Source of the DNA: Obrimoposthia wandeli
Lineage: Eukaryota
Assembly: GCA_977020255.1 (NCBI GenBank)
Contig: CDROCS010004666.1
Coordinates: forward strand, 1-64,000
Reading direction: 5' to 3'
DNA length: 64,000 nucleotides
Part shown: in pieces, positions 46,568 through 60,200 of the stretch
How positions within the stretch are numbered: the first letter of the stretch is position 1
How the letters are laid out: each line of letters opens with the position of its first letter
Position numbers and translations under genes: made by a program
Notes under the pieces: generated by a model
What the model was told of the DNA's origin: nothing
Database searches by the model: none
Seen by the model: the letters and a program-made list of their open reading frames with translations, nothing else

Positions 46568-49018
46568 TTAAGTTTCAAAACTCAGCCTAGAGACCGCATC
46601 ATCACTAGAGTCTATTTGCGGTGTACATAGTAATAAACGTGATGAGTGAATGTTCTCTTTTTCAGTCATATACGCTTTAAAAATATCTACACGTTGCTTG
46701 GATATTTCTTTTAATCGTTTTAAGTCTTCTGAATTAGTTAAGTCACTTCCCGACTGTTTGTTAATATCTGCCGCTGTTGCAATAGCACAGAGTTTAACTT
46801 GAGTGCTCTCTTGATCTTTCAGCAACGCAGAAAATTGTTGTAAGAACTCTTGTTGTTCAGGCTGTAATTCAGTTACTTTTTCAGTATAAGGTAAGTCATT
46901 AATTCTAACTTTCAGGGCATACGTTCCTGCAATAACCGCTATATTTACGACTTGTGCGTAAGGAACAAAGGTATTTACCAAATAATCCCTAGCGCCTAAT
47001 AAAGTCGCTTGTTTAACTAACAGTGTTAAAAACCCTGACAAACCAAAATCAGGACTACTGGTATCTCCACTAATTGGCAGCGTTAACTCTACGTTGCCAT
47101 TACTGTCTTTCAACATGCCTAACGCCATATTAAACGGCACGGACTTTTGATCAATCAAACTCGATTTCTCGGAATCATCTGCGGCCGTTAAATCGATTCC
47201 TCGCAACAATACTTGAACTTCACCCTCAATATCGGCTCCTGTTAGCTGGACATCGACTCCAAGATCTAACTGACCACTTTCAATTTCATACTGTAATGCT
47301 TGTTTAATATAGGAGGACAAACTGGGTAGGCTAAACTCTTTAAAGTCACCCTCTAGCTTATAACTTGGTTTCGCTAAGAAAGGCTTTGCGATAGTAGTAA
47401 ACGAAAATGTCGCATAGCGATTACTCTTGCCAGAAAGAGTAATCATGGACTCTTGCTCAGAATTTTCATTATCAAATGGACCTGCCATCATGTTGTTAAT
47501 TACAACATTCTGCTTATAGATTGGTTCAACACTGTGATCCAAGAAGAATATTTCGGCGTCATTAACAAGTTTAAAGGACTTCAGCTTTATCTTAAAATTA
47601 GATTTAGATTCAGCAGTATTGCTCTTTATAGTTTCAGAGGTATTTTTGGTCAATTCAGTCTCTTGCTTATCAACCTCAAGAGCCTCTTTCTTGGTAGGTA
47701 TATCTATTAGATTTTTAACTTCCTTATTCTCATCCAGTTCAACATTAGCAATTAAGCCCGCTAAGCTTACATCACCTATTTCAATACCCTCTTGAGATAA
47801 CCCTATCTCTTGAATGTTTAATGAAGAAAATTTAACCAATGCCGGGATTGAATCATCTTGATTGTCTGATAATAAAGTTTCGTTTAATGCAACGCTCCCT
47901 ACACTAACTCGTTGAATGCCCTTTTCATCGCTAAATAGGGTTATAGATGAAAAATCTAGTTGTTTGATATCGACTAATTTATTGAATTTCTTATCATTAT
48001 AAATTACTAGATCATTTATTTTAGTAGATCCTTCACCTTTAATTCTTGGTGGCTGATTATCATCTAGAATAACGACAAAGCCATCTAAACTTAATTTTTG
48101 CTGCCCAATGCTGAGATATGTATCCTCTTTCCCAATATTTATCTCTGCTCCACTAAGTCGTCCTTTTTCAATACTCAATTCAATTGAATCATCTTGTATT
48201 TTAAGTCGATGACGACCTTGATAGCTCACTAGCCCTTCTAGAGCATCTATATCCTTAGTCAACAAATGACTAAACCTACCGATTTCAATATTGGATATCT
48301 CTACATCAAAATCCACAGTTCCTTTTTTATCCAACAAGTCAGCGTTCACATTAATTTCAATTGGCCCATCATCCAGTGCGCTTTTAATCGAGAGGTTAAT
48401 AACTTGCTGTTGTAATGTAGCCAATACATCAATAACTTCTATGGACTGTAAAGAAAGCCGATGCTTATTTCCACCTAAGTTCAAATTGATGCTGGAATCT
48501 TCCAGTATTAATTTAGGCATTAGGAAGCGCTTTAAGAAGTTAGGTTCACTATTATCATCACTATCACGCTCACTAAATCCGATATCTTCACGGGTTTTAA
48601 TTCTCTCCTCTTTCTCTCCAAGTCCTAAGGAAATACCTGCAACAAAAATTTCACTTTCAGATTTTTCAATCGATAAATCCAACCCTTTAATAACAATTTT
48701 AGGAATGTATATATCTTCAAATATTAATTGATGCAGATTCAATTCGAAGCTTAGATAAGATAATGACAAGGCTCTTCCTGAATCAGACTTATTAATGTTT
48801 AAAGTATTGACTTCAAGTCTTGATCGGAAGGGATTATATCGAATACTGGTTTCATCATTTAAGACTAAGCCTTCAGTTTCTAGATACTGACCTAAATAAT
48901 GATTCGCTATCCAAGGTGAAGATAACCATACGAATGTGTATAAACCAATTACAGTAAAAAAGGCCACATTTAAGATTTTAAGTAGTTTAGAAAGCATTCG
49001 CATTAGTTCCTTGAGCAA
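46568..49018 (-). CDS. DUF748-domain (AsmA-like) protein
   Basis: N-terminal TM anchor, IRYNPF, long beta-rich body, LSSYI...YEIESGQLDL, LGMLKDSNGNVELTLPISGD..SPDF and an OmpA-like tail. Visibly AT-richer than its neighbours. Confidence 0.8.
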   Translation of the reverse strand: MLKELMRMLSKLLKILNVAFFTVIGLYTFVWLSSPWIANHYLGQYLETEGLVLNDETSIRYNPFRSRLEVNTLNINKSDSGRALSLSYLSFELNLHQLIFEDIYIPKIVIKGLDLSIEKSESEIFVAGISLGLGEKEERIKTREDIGFSERDSDDNSEPNFLKRFLMPKLILEDSSINLNLGGNKHRLSLQSIEVIDVLATLQQQVINLSIKSALDDGPIEINVNADLLDKKGTVDFDVEISNIEIGRFSHLLTKDIDALEGLVSYQGRHRLKIQDDSIELSIEKGRLSGAEINIGKEDTYLSIGQQKLSLDGFVVILDDNQPPRIKGEGSTKINDLVIYNDKKFNKLVDIKQLDFSSITLFSDEKGIQRVSVGSVALNETLLSDNQDDSIPALVKFSSLNIQEIGLSQEGIEIGDVSLAGLIANVELDENKEVKNLIDIPTKKEALEVDKQETELTKNTSETIKSNTAESKSNFKIKLKSFKLVNDAEIFFLDHSVEPIYKQNVVINNMMAGPFDNENSEQESMITLSGKSNRYATFSFTTIAKPFLAKPSYKLEGDFKEFSLPSLSSYIKQALQYEIESGQLDLGVDVQLTGADIEGEVQVLLRGIDLTAADDSEKSSLIDQKSVPFNMALGMLKDSNGNVELTLPISGDTSSPDFGLSGFLTLLVKQATLLGARDYLVNTFVPYAQVVNIAVIAGTYALKVRINDLPYTEKVTELQPEQQEFLQQFSALLKDQESTQVKLCAIATAADINKQSGSDLTNSEDLKRLKEISKQRVDIFKAYMTEKENIHSSRLLLCTPQIDSSDDAVSRLSFET

Positions 49019-49163
49019 TCTAGTTTAGATAGAAAGCTAGAGGTGATTTTTGTAAACACGCAGTATATAGCGGCCTCTACAGTGCTAGAAGTAAAATCCT
49101 GTATAATATTTTTATAATTACGCCGTCTATTCTATAAGTAACTTATTTTTGTTGGATATTTAA

Positions 49164-49961
49164 ATGCTATTTGAACAATTGCTGCAACAAGCTAAAACTG
49201 ATTCAGAGTTCAGTGTTAATCCAAGTTGGGGGCAAGGTAGAACACTGTTTGGTGGACTCTCTGCTGCCCTTGCCTATGAAAAGATCAGTCAAAAACTCAG
49301 CTCCGATCGCCCTTTAAGGTCTATTGCAATTAACTTTAGTGGTCAGGCTCTAGCGGATATTCCTTTTTCTATCTCTGAACAAGTTCTTTCAAATGGAAAG
49401 TCGATCAGTCAAATTAATGGGCAGTTAGTGCAAAATGAAAGAATAGTGACTCAAGTTTGCGCATGTTTTGGTATTGAACGAGATTCCAAAATAGACATAG
49501 CTCCGACAAAAAGAGACCTACCCAAAATTGGCAGCAATCAACGTCTAAGCTACATGAAAGGAGTTACTCCAGAATTCGTTCAGTATTTTGAATTTGAATA
49601 TTGCAAGGGCCAGTTTCCTTTTACAAATAGCCCTTTGAATGAACTAGCCGGCTGGATACGCTTCAAAGAGCCGTGTCAGTCTTTTACTGAAAGTCATTTG
49701 ATTGCAATGATCGATGCATGGCCACCGACCGTCCTACAAAAACTTAAACAACCCGCGGCGTGCGCAACCATCAGCTGGAATTTAGAAATTGTACAGCCGC
49801 TAGCTCTGCTCGAACTGCCTTTAAAAGCCGACGACTGGCTCTATTATGAAGCTGAAATAAAACAAGCCCATCATGGTTATGTCCATACTGAAGCTAAGGT
49901 TTATGCACCAGATGGCACATTAATAGCTTTAAGCCGTCAGCTTATATCTATTTATGCTTAA
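49164..49961 (+). CDS. Acyl-CoA thioesterase II-like (double hotdog)
   Basis: WGQGRTLFGG, DAWPP, TISW and LIALSRQ. Confidence 0.88.
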   Translation: MLFEQLLQQAKTDSEFSVNPSWGQGRTLFGGLSAALAYEKISQKLSSDRPLRSIAINFSGQALADIPFSISEQVLSNGKSISQINGQLVQNERIVTQVCACFGIERDSKIDIAPTKRDLPKIGSNQRLSYMKGVTPEFVQYFEFEYCKGQFPFTNSPLNELAGWIRFKEPCQSFTESHLIAMIDAWPPTVLQKLKQPAACATISWNLEIVQPLALLELPLKADDWLYYEAEIKQAHHGYVHTEAKVYAPDGTLIALSRQLISIYA

Positions 49962-49996
49962 TAAATTCAGCATCTTAGCTGACAAAGACTAAATAT

Positions 49997-50023
49997 GTTC
50001 TAGGCTTAAAATAAGCCTAGAAC
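49997..50023. repeat. Perfect 12-bp inverted repeat just upstream of the MCP gene
   Basis: GTTCTAGGCTTA-AAA-TAAGCCTAGAAC, ending 13 nt before ATG 50037. Confidence 0.8.
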
Positions 50024-50036
50024 TAACGGTCACCCA

Positions 50037-51566
50037 ATGAATCAAACGAGTTTATTAGTTAAAACTATTAGCCAAATAACATTTGGATTAACAGTCCTTT
50101 TGATTTTATTAGGCATGATTGGCTACAACAATACTAAGAGTGATTTAGAGGAGTCCGCTGCTGCCGATGCCCAGCATGTTGTTGATCGACTGGCCGCAAG
50201 TTTGCCCATCTCGATTTGGAACTTTGATAGCAGCATCGCCGGCAAAGCGATTGATGCTGAAATCAGTGCCGATTTTATTAATTCGATCTCCATCATCAGT
50301 AATGACGAGGTATTTGTCTCTCGAGCAAAGTCCTTAGATGGCAGTATTACCGACAATAAGAATTCCGCTCGCAGCCAAGCTTTTATTTTACAAAAAAATT
50401 TAGAATTTGAAGAAGATGGCACAATGAACCCTGTTGGTGAGTTAATTATCACCTATAACCAGGATCGTACAGAAGCCGCTCTAAGCAATGCTTTGAACCT
50501 AGAAATACTTCGTATTCTATTACTCGATATTGCTGCCGCAATTTTAATTAGCCTTATTATCCGCAGTAGCGTTATACGTCCTATAATGAGCGTGCGAAAT
50601 GCCATTCAAGACATTGCTCAAGGCAATGGAGATCTAACGAAACGTTTACCAGAAAAAGGGGTCCGAGAGCTGGCAGAACTAAGCCATTCTTTTAATAACT
50701 TCGTAGAACGCCTCGATGATCTAGTCAAAAACATTAATCAAACATCATTACAACTTGCTGAAAAAGCACAATCAGGCCAAGTTCATGTTGAAGATATACG
50801 TGGTGAACTAAATCTTCAAAAATCTGAAATTGATCTTGTCGCTTCAGCCAGCACCGAGCTGTCTAGCTCAACTGAAATGGTTGCACAGAATGCTAAGCAG
50901 GCTGCCGATACAGCCATGATCGCAAATACATCTGCTCAAAAAAGCCATGCTATTGTTGACGAATCCGTTTCAAGCATTCGCAGTTTATCGACTGAAATCA
51001 ATCAAATCTCAGACATTATTCAAGTATTAGTAAAAGAAGGCGAAAATATCGGTACTGTCAGCGGTGTTATTCAAGGTATTGCTGAACAGACTAACTTACT
51101 CGCACTCAATGCTGCTATTGAAGCTGCTAGAGCTGGCGAGCAAGGTAGAGGTTTTGCGGTTGTGGCGGATGAAGTAAGAACTCTTGCACAGCGCACGCAA
51201 CAATCGACAGAAGAGATCAATCAAATGATTGAGCGTCTGCAAAAATCAACCGAGGTCGCTGATCAAGCCGTTCGTAAAGGCAACCAAAATGCTGAAAATA
51301 GTGTTGAGAAAATTGAACAAGCAGGACTGTCTATTAATGATGTAGCTAAAAATGTGAATGCAATTAGTGAAATGAATAGTCAAATTTCTCAAGCTGCTTC
51401 AGAACAAAGCGCTGTGATAAATGAACTTAACCAGAACATCGTGAATATATCGCGTAATGCAGATAGCACATCAGAACTCGCTGAAAAAACGTCCAGTACC
51501 AGCTCAAGCTCCATGGAGATGGCACTAGAATTAAAAGAAAAAATGAACACGTTTAAAACATCATAA
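50037..51566 (+). CDS. Methyl-accepting chemotaxis protein
   Basis: Two TM helices, a small periplasmic domain, HAMP and the signalling hairpin [34 protein letters not shown]. Confidence 0.96.
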   Translation: MNQTSLLVKTISQITFGLTVLLILLGMIGYNNTKSDLEESAAADAQHVVDRLAASLPISIWNFDSSIAGKAIDAEISADFINSISIISNDEVFVSRAKSLDGSITDNKNSARSQAFILQKNLEFEEDGTMNPVGELIITYNQDRTEAALSNALNLEILRILLLDIAAAILISLIIRSSVIRPIMSVRNAIQDIAQGNGDLTKRLPEKGVRELAELSHSFNNFVERLDDLVKNINQTSLQLAEKAQSGQVHVEDIRGELNLQKSEIDLVASASTELSSSTEMVAQNAKQAADTAMIANTSAQKSHAIVDESVSSIRSLSTEINQISDIIQVLVKEGENIGTVSGVIQGIAEQTNLLALNAAIEAARAGEQGRGFAVVADEVRTLAQRTQQSTEEINQMIERLQKSTEVADQAVRKGNQNAENSVEKIEQAGLSINDVAKNVNAISEMNSQISQAASEQSAVINELNQNIVNISRNADSTSELAEKTSSTSSSSMEMALELKEKMNTFKTS

Positions 51567-51582
51567 TCCAAGGAAGTACTGA

Positions 51583-52320
51583 ATGAGAAACATACTGCTA
51601 ACAATAAGTTTAATCCTATTGTCCAGCTTGAGCTACGCGGCGAATAAAACAATTTATCTGACGTCGCTTGATTGGCCTCCCTATTCCAGTAAAACTCTTG
51701 ATCAGCAAGGCGCGTCCGTCGCTGTAGCAAAAGAAGCCTTTAAAGCGATGGGATACGAACTGAAAGTAGATTTTTACCCTTGGAGCCGAGCCGTTGCACT
51801 AGCAAAAGATAGTGGCAGCAAATATTCAGGCTATTTCCCTGAGTACTTTTCTGATGATACGGCGAAAGATTTTGTTTATTCTGATGCGATGGGCTCTGGC
51901 CCTTTAGGATTTGCTGAACGTAAAGATAAAAGCATTAGCTGGTCTACTCTGAATGATTTAAAGCCTTACCGTATCGGCGTTGTACAAGACTACATCAATG
52001 CCGCAGAGTTTGATGCGATGGTCGCGAGCAAAGCACTCAAGTCTTCGGTTACAACGACGGACGAGAAAAATCTGAAGAAGTTAGTCGGTGGCCGTGTTGA
52101 TCTTGCGGTTATAGATCAGAATGTAATGAACTACTTATTTAAAACTAACTCTGATTTAGCTAAGAACGCCGATACTGCTCAATTTAACAGCACGTTACTA
52201 GAAGATAAAAAGCTGTTTATTTGCTTTAAGAAAGGCTCTCAGGGCGAAGATCTAGCAAAAATTTATAATGAAGGTTTAAAGAAAATTGATGTAGCCGCCA
52301 TTATGAATAAGCATCTATAA
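51583..52320 (+). CDS. Periplasmic substrate-binding protein (family 3-like)
   Basis: Signal peptide (SYA|AN), DWPPY, PWSRA, IGVVQDY and KLVGGRVDL. Confidence 0.88.
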   Translation: MRNILLTISLILLSSLSYAANKTIYLTSLDWPPYSSKTLDQQGASVAVAKEAFKAMGYELKVDFYPWSRAVALAKDSGSKYSGYFPEYFSDDTAKDFVYSDAMGSGPLGFAERKDKSISWSTLNDLKPYRIGVVQDYINAAEFDAMVASKALKSSVTTTDEKNLKKLVGGRVDLAVIDQNVMNYLFKTNSDLAKNADTAQFNSTLLEDKKLFICFKKGSQGEDLAKIYNEGLKKIDVAAIMNKHL

Positions 52321-52347
52321 AGAACAGTGAGTTATAAATATTGCCAC

Positions 52348-52377
52348 AAAAAAGCCTGCATAGACGCAGGCTTTTTT
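52348..52377. terminator. Bidirectional intrinsic terminator
   Basis: A6-GCCTGC-ATAGAC-GCAGGC-T6 between convergent genes. Confidence 0.9.
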
Positions 52378-52437
52378 ATTTATATACTCATCTACTTACA
52401 ATTTCTATCGCTCTAACTTACACAGTATTCTATATTC

Positions 52438-53064
52438 TTAATACTGTTTAAACTGAGCACGTAAATCATCAAAGCTGCCTATATCGATGCCTAAGTCATT
52501 GATTAGTCCATTGTGCAAACCATAAACAAAGCCATGTAAAACAAGCTCTTGGCCTTTTTGCCAAGCATCACGCACTACCGTTGTTCTCGCTAAATTTCGA
52601 ACTTGCTCCATAACATTTAATTCGCACAATCTATTTCGAGCAGCATCATCATCTAATTTAGAAAGTTCATCCATATGCTTATAATGCACATCTTTGACAT
52701 GACTTAGCCAGTTATCAACCAAGCCATGACGTGAATTATCATACGCGGCATGAACACCACCACAGCCATAATGCCCAGTAACGATAATATGTTTTACGTT
52801 GAGTACTTCTACCGCAAACTGTACCGCAGATAAGCAATTCAAATCAGAATGGATAACTTGGTTAGCCACATTTCTGTGGACAAAAACCTCCCCTGGCATC
52901 AACCCAACAATCTGATTGGCGGGAACACGACTATCAGAGCAACCAATCCAAAGATACTCAGGGTTCTGCTGCTTACTTAAATTAGCAAAAAAATCAGGAT
53001 TTTCTTGGTTAATTTTATCAGCCCATTCTTTATTACTGGCGAGTAAGCGATCAAGTGTAGACAC
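52438..53064 (-). CDS. can: Beta-class carbonic anhydrase
   Basis: WIGCSDSR, VHRNVAN and GHYGCGG Zn ligands. Confidence 0.95.
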   Translation of the reverse strand: MSTLDRLLASNKEWADKINQENPDFFANLSKQQNPEYLWIGCSDSRVPANQIVGLMPGEVFVHRNVANQVIHSDLNCLSAVQFAVEVLNVKHIIVTGHYGCGGVHAAYDNSRHGLVDNWLSHVKDVHYKHMDELSKLDDDAARNRLCELNVMEQVRNLARTTVVRDAWQKGQELVLHGFVYGLHNGLINDLGIDIGSFDDLRAQFKQY

Positions 53065-53079
53065 CGCAAGCTCCTAGTT

Positions 53080-55860
<2,781 letters not shown>

Positions 55861-55884
55861 TTATTAATGCCGCTATTCGTTTTT

Positions 55885-57174
55885 CTATTTTTTGCCCGCA
55901 AGCTTCTGCTTACGAACAAAATCACGAACTTGTTGACGGTTGTGTTCAATGGTCTGTAAAGCCATGATGCTATGTGTCTCATCATGAACATCGCCACCTA
56001 AATTACGAGCAATAACCGAGGCCATTTCCGTCATAGCTTCAAACGCATTCATCGCTTTTTCAGGCCCAGGTAAGCTCATAAATAAACTAACGCCGTGAAT
56101 GCGTTCATGTAATAACGCTTCTGGATCAAATGTTCCTGGATTAAAGGAGTTTGCCATTGAGAATTGAACACAGCCTTCACCATTTTCTTGTTCAAAACGA
56201 TGGAATATTTCTTTTTCACCGTGGCGTAAATCACAACTATTCACCAAATAGAGAATATCCTCACCACAAAACCCATCCTCATCATGAGAAACTACATGGG
56301 TGACTATCACTAAACTTGGGATATTTCGTGATGATAAAGACTCTGCATTAGGACCTGGTTTTTTAACCGGTGCATAGGCGGCTTGTGCCATCATTTGATC
56401 TGCTCCCATACGCCCATCGTCTTTGCTTCGTAGTGCTTTTTCGACAACTATGCGCTCTTCTACTATACCTTCTTCTACTACCTGTTCCGCAACGACCGTA
56501 TCGGCGGGTGACATCAAAGAACCAATATCCTGTACCGAAGCCTGAATACCAACAATGTCGTCTACTGTCAGTTCTATATGCTCTACGTCACCATTTTCTT
56601 CGTCCACTGCATGCACATCAACATCGTCTCCAAGCTCTTCAACATCGATAAGTAGAGGAACGTGTTCGTCTAGGTTTAATGGCTTTGCTTTTGGTACAAA
56701 TCGCTCAAGAGATTCATTTTTCGTACTAGCTTGTTCTAGCGTTGAAGGAGCTATCGTTTCAGGCTCTGCAGAATGTATTACTTCAGATTCCACCAGTGAA
56801 TAGCTATCATGCTGAAAATCGGGTTCTCCCGCATAGATTCTATCTTCGTGAAGACTCACTTTCACATCAGCTGCAAGATCATAATCAGCTTGTTTCTCCA
56901 ATTCATCTAACGCAGAGATCACAGGAAGTTCATCTAATTGATTACGAAAATTTGTAACATCTTCCAATAATTCTCCACGCTCGCCAATAATTCGAGCCCC
57001 ACCGTTAGGCAACTCTGAAGAAAAGCTTTCCTCAGGAAACTTAAAGTCTCCTTTGACATCCAACTTCAATGCATCAAATCGAGCTCGTCGCATTCGACGA
57101 AAACCATCGACGAGAATACCCAGCATGATAATTGCTCCGAGTATTACTAAAACTGTCCGTAGATTTAATTCCAT
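55885..57174 (-). CDS. zipA: Cell division protein ZipA
   Basis: N-terminal TM (LVILGAIIMLGILVDG), acidic linker and C-terminal FtsZ-binding domain (IFHRF, FSMAN...PGTFD, GVSLFMSLPG). Located between smc and ligA. Confidence 0.92.
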   Translation of the reverse strand: MELNLRTVLVILGAIIMLGILVDGFRRMRRARFDALKLDVKGDFKFPEESFSSELPNGGARIIGERGELLEDVTNFRNQLDELPVISALDELEKQADYDLAADVKVSLHEDRIYAGEPDFQHDSYSLVESEVIHSAEPETIAPSTLEQASTKNESLERFVPKAKPLNLDEHVPLLIDVEELGDDVDVHAVDEENGDVEHIELTVDDIVGIQASVQDIGSLMSPADTVVAEQVVEEGIVEERIVVEKALRSKDDGRMGADQMMAQAAYAPVKKPGPNAESLSSRNIPSLVIVTHVVSHDEDGFCGEDILYLVNSCDLRHGEKEIFHRFEQENGEGCVQFSMANSFNPGTFDPEALLHERIHGVSLFMSLPGPEKAMNAFEAMTEMASVIARNLGGDVHDETHSIMALQTIEHNRQQVRDFVRKQKLAGKK

Positions 57175-57244
57175 TTTTTCACCTTAACTCTTTCCTTTGA
57201 TGCAAATTCGCTGCATTTATTAACAATTATTTTTTTCATTCCAA

Positions 57245-60200
57245 TCACGCTTGCACCATTTTAGTGGCTTCTTCAATATCAACTGATACAAGACGAGAAA
57301 CACCTGGCTCGTGCATGGTGACACCCATCAATTGATCGGCTTTTTCCATCGCAATTTTATTGTGAGTAATATAGATGAACTGCACTTTCTCTGACATAGC
57401 CTTTACCAAGCGAGCATAACGGCCAACGTTAGCGTCATCTAAAGGTGCATCAACTTCATCCAGCATACAGAAAGGGGCTGGATTCAATTTGAAAATAGAG
57501 AAAACTAACGCAATAGCCGTTAATGCTTTCTCACCACCGGATAGTAAATGAATGGTGCTGTTTTTCTTACCAGGAGGCGATGCCATAATAGCCACACCCG
57601 CATTCAATAAATCGTCACCGACAAGCTCTAAGCTCGCATGGCCTCCACCGAATACTTTCGGGAATAATTCGGCAAGTCCTGAGTTTACTTTATCAAAAGT
57701 CTCTTTAAAACGAGTTCGGGTCTCACGATCAATTTTATGAATCGCATTTTCTAAGGTGGCCAGTGCTTTTTCTAAATCTTCGTGCTGAGCATCAAGATAG
57801 ATTTTACGCTCTGACTGTATTTTATATTCGTCAATTGCGGCAAGGTTAATCGCCCCTAATCTGCGGATACGATCGGCGATGCGTTCAAGCTCTTCCGACC
57901 AAACTCTAATATCCGCATCGTGAGGTAAATTTTCAATGACCTCTTCTAGGGTTAAGTCATCTTCGGTAAGTTGCTCAACTAAGCTGCTTCGACGTATCTC
58001 TAACGATTGCGTTTCCATTCGCACCTGTTCTAGCTTGGTACGTAAATCCAGTCCTGCTTTTTCAGCAATGCCACGGTCTTTTTCGAATTGTCTAAGTTCA
58101 GCGTCTACCGTTTCTAATTCTCTACGCGCATCGCTCATAATTTGTTCAGCATCAAGGCGTTTTTCTAACAGTTCTTCTAACTGCATTTTTAACTCTTCAA
58201 GATCAGAGTCATGATCACGATTTTGATTTTGCTGAATCGAGGATTTACGTTCTTGGTTGCGCTGCATTTGCTGATGCAGACGCTCAACCGCTTGCGATAA
58301 ACTTTGCTGCTGACTGCTAAAACCTTGATGACGCAACTGCAGCTGGTGTGCTTGATCTTTTTCTTGGCGTGCTCGCATACGGGCACTTTCAATACGAGTT
58401 GTCGTATTTTCACGCTCTGACTGCAAGCGAGTGCGCTCATCGGCATCTTGATCCATATTCTCCATGGCTTCTTGCCATTGGATTCTAGCCTCAGCAATTT
58501 GTTCTTTCTCTAGTGCTTGAAGCTCACTTACTTCAATCAAATCATTATTAATTTTATCGGTACGTAACGCTAATTGCTCAGCACGAGCTTGCTTGCCTGA
58601 TAATTGCGATTGGTATTCAGCAAGCTGACGAGCATAAGCGGCCATTTCTTTTTGCTGAACTTCACGCTGCTGTTCTAGATTACGTAATTTAAGTTGCTCA
58701 GCATCGAGATCGACTTCCCATTCTTCGACACTAATATCTAAATCTTCAAAGCGAACTTCTAACTCTTCTAACTCTTGCTGACGTGCAAGGATGCCACCAT
58801 TGCCCTCACCGTCTTTGGCAACTCTTAGCCAGGACTGACCTAGCCATATTCCTTCAGGAGTAATGATCGATTCATCGATCGCGAGCTGCTGTCGACGAGA
58901 CATGGCGTCAGATAAACTTTCTGCAACTTGCACCTTGCCTAGAAGTGAACTGACATTTTCATCGCCTGTCACTTTATTAGATAATAAGTTTGTCGAGAGT
59001 GACTGCTCTAATGAATCACGTTGAGCAGCTGACCATAAAATGATCTCACCATCTTTTAAACCATCAACCCAATGCTGAACAGGATCAAGGTCATCAACAA
59101 TGACCGCTTGTAGGTAATTACCCAAAACCATTTCAACGGCTTTTTCCCAGCCGCTTTCAACATGAATCTTTTCAGATAAACGTGCCTTTCGAGATAATTG
59201 ATGACTCTCTAACCAATGACTAACCGCTTTGTTACCTTCACCTTTTGCCGCTTGCTGCAGTGCTTCTAATGAGGCTTTACGACCTTGCACTTGCTGCAGT
59301 TCACCACGCCCCTCATCCAGCTGGCGGCGTAAGCTTTCAATACTTCCACGCTGATTATTAACCTGTTCACCAAAGCTATCTCCTGATATTTCCTGCTCTT
59401 CAAGCTGCATTTCATGTTCTGAAATTTGCTCTTGTAAGAATAGGATTTCTTCCGCTTCAGGATTGGAGGTAAGTTGGCGTTTTTCTTCGTCTAAGCGTTC
59501 GATTCGCTGCTGTAAGCGAGTGAGCTGTTGTTCTAAGTTTTGAATGCGACTTTGAGCGACTTCTGCTTGACGAGCTGGCGCACTGGCTTTTTGTGTAAAC
59601 TCATCCCAACTGCGTTGCCATTCCTGCATTGCCTCTTCTGCAATAATCAGTTCTTCACCAGCCGCTTCTTCACCCGCTAGTAAAACTTCAAGCTCAGGCT
59701 CAAGCATCATTAATTCTTCATTAACGTCTTCAAGTTTAAGCTGATCTTCTTCTAAGGCAAGTTGCGTTTCTAAAATACCTTTTTCAGTTTCGGCTAAGTC
59801 TTGAGACAGCTGTAAACTCATTTGCGCTTGATGTTCTAGCTTTTGCTCATGGCGAGCGATTTGCGAACCGACTTCGTAATATTTAGCTTGAGCACTGCTA
59901 AAAACCTCATTGCGCTCGTGATGACTTTCGCGACGCTCTTCTATGGCAGTATCAGCGGACGTCTGCTGAGCCATTTTCGCTTCGTATTGAACATCGAGTT
60001 CAGCGATCTCTAATTCACGCTTGCGATAATCAACTTCAAGAACCTGCCATTTAAGCGCTTGCAACTGCCCCTTTTTGAGTCGTTCATCACTTTTTAATTC
60101 TTTATATTTCTCGGCTGCCTGAGCTTGGCGGTGCAAGTGGGCTAACTGTCGCTCCATTTCATCACGAATATCTTGTAAACGTTCTAGGTTTTCTGTTGTG

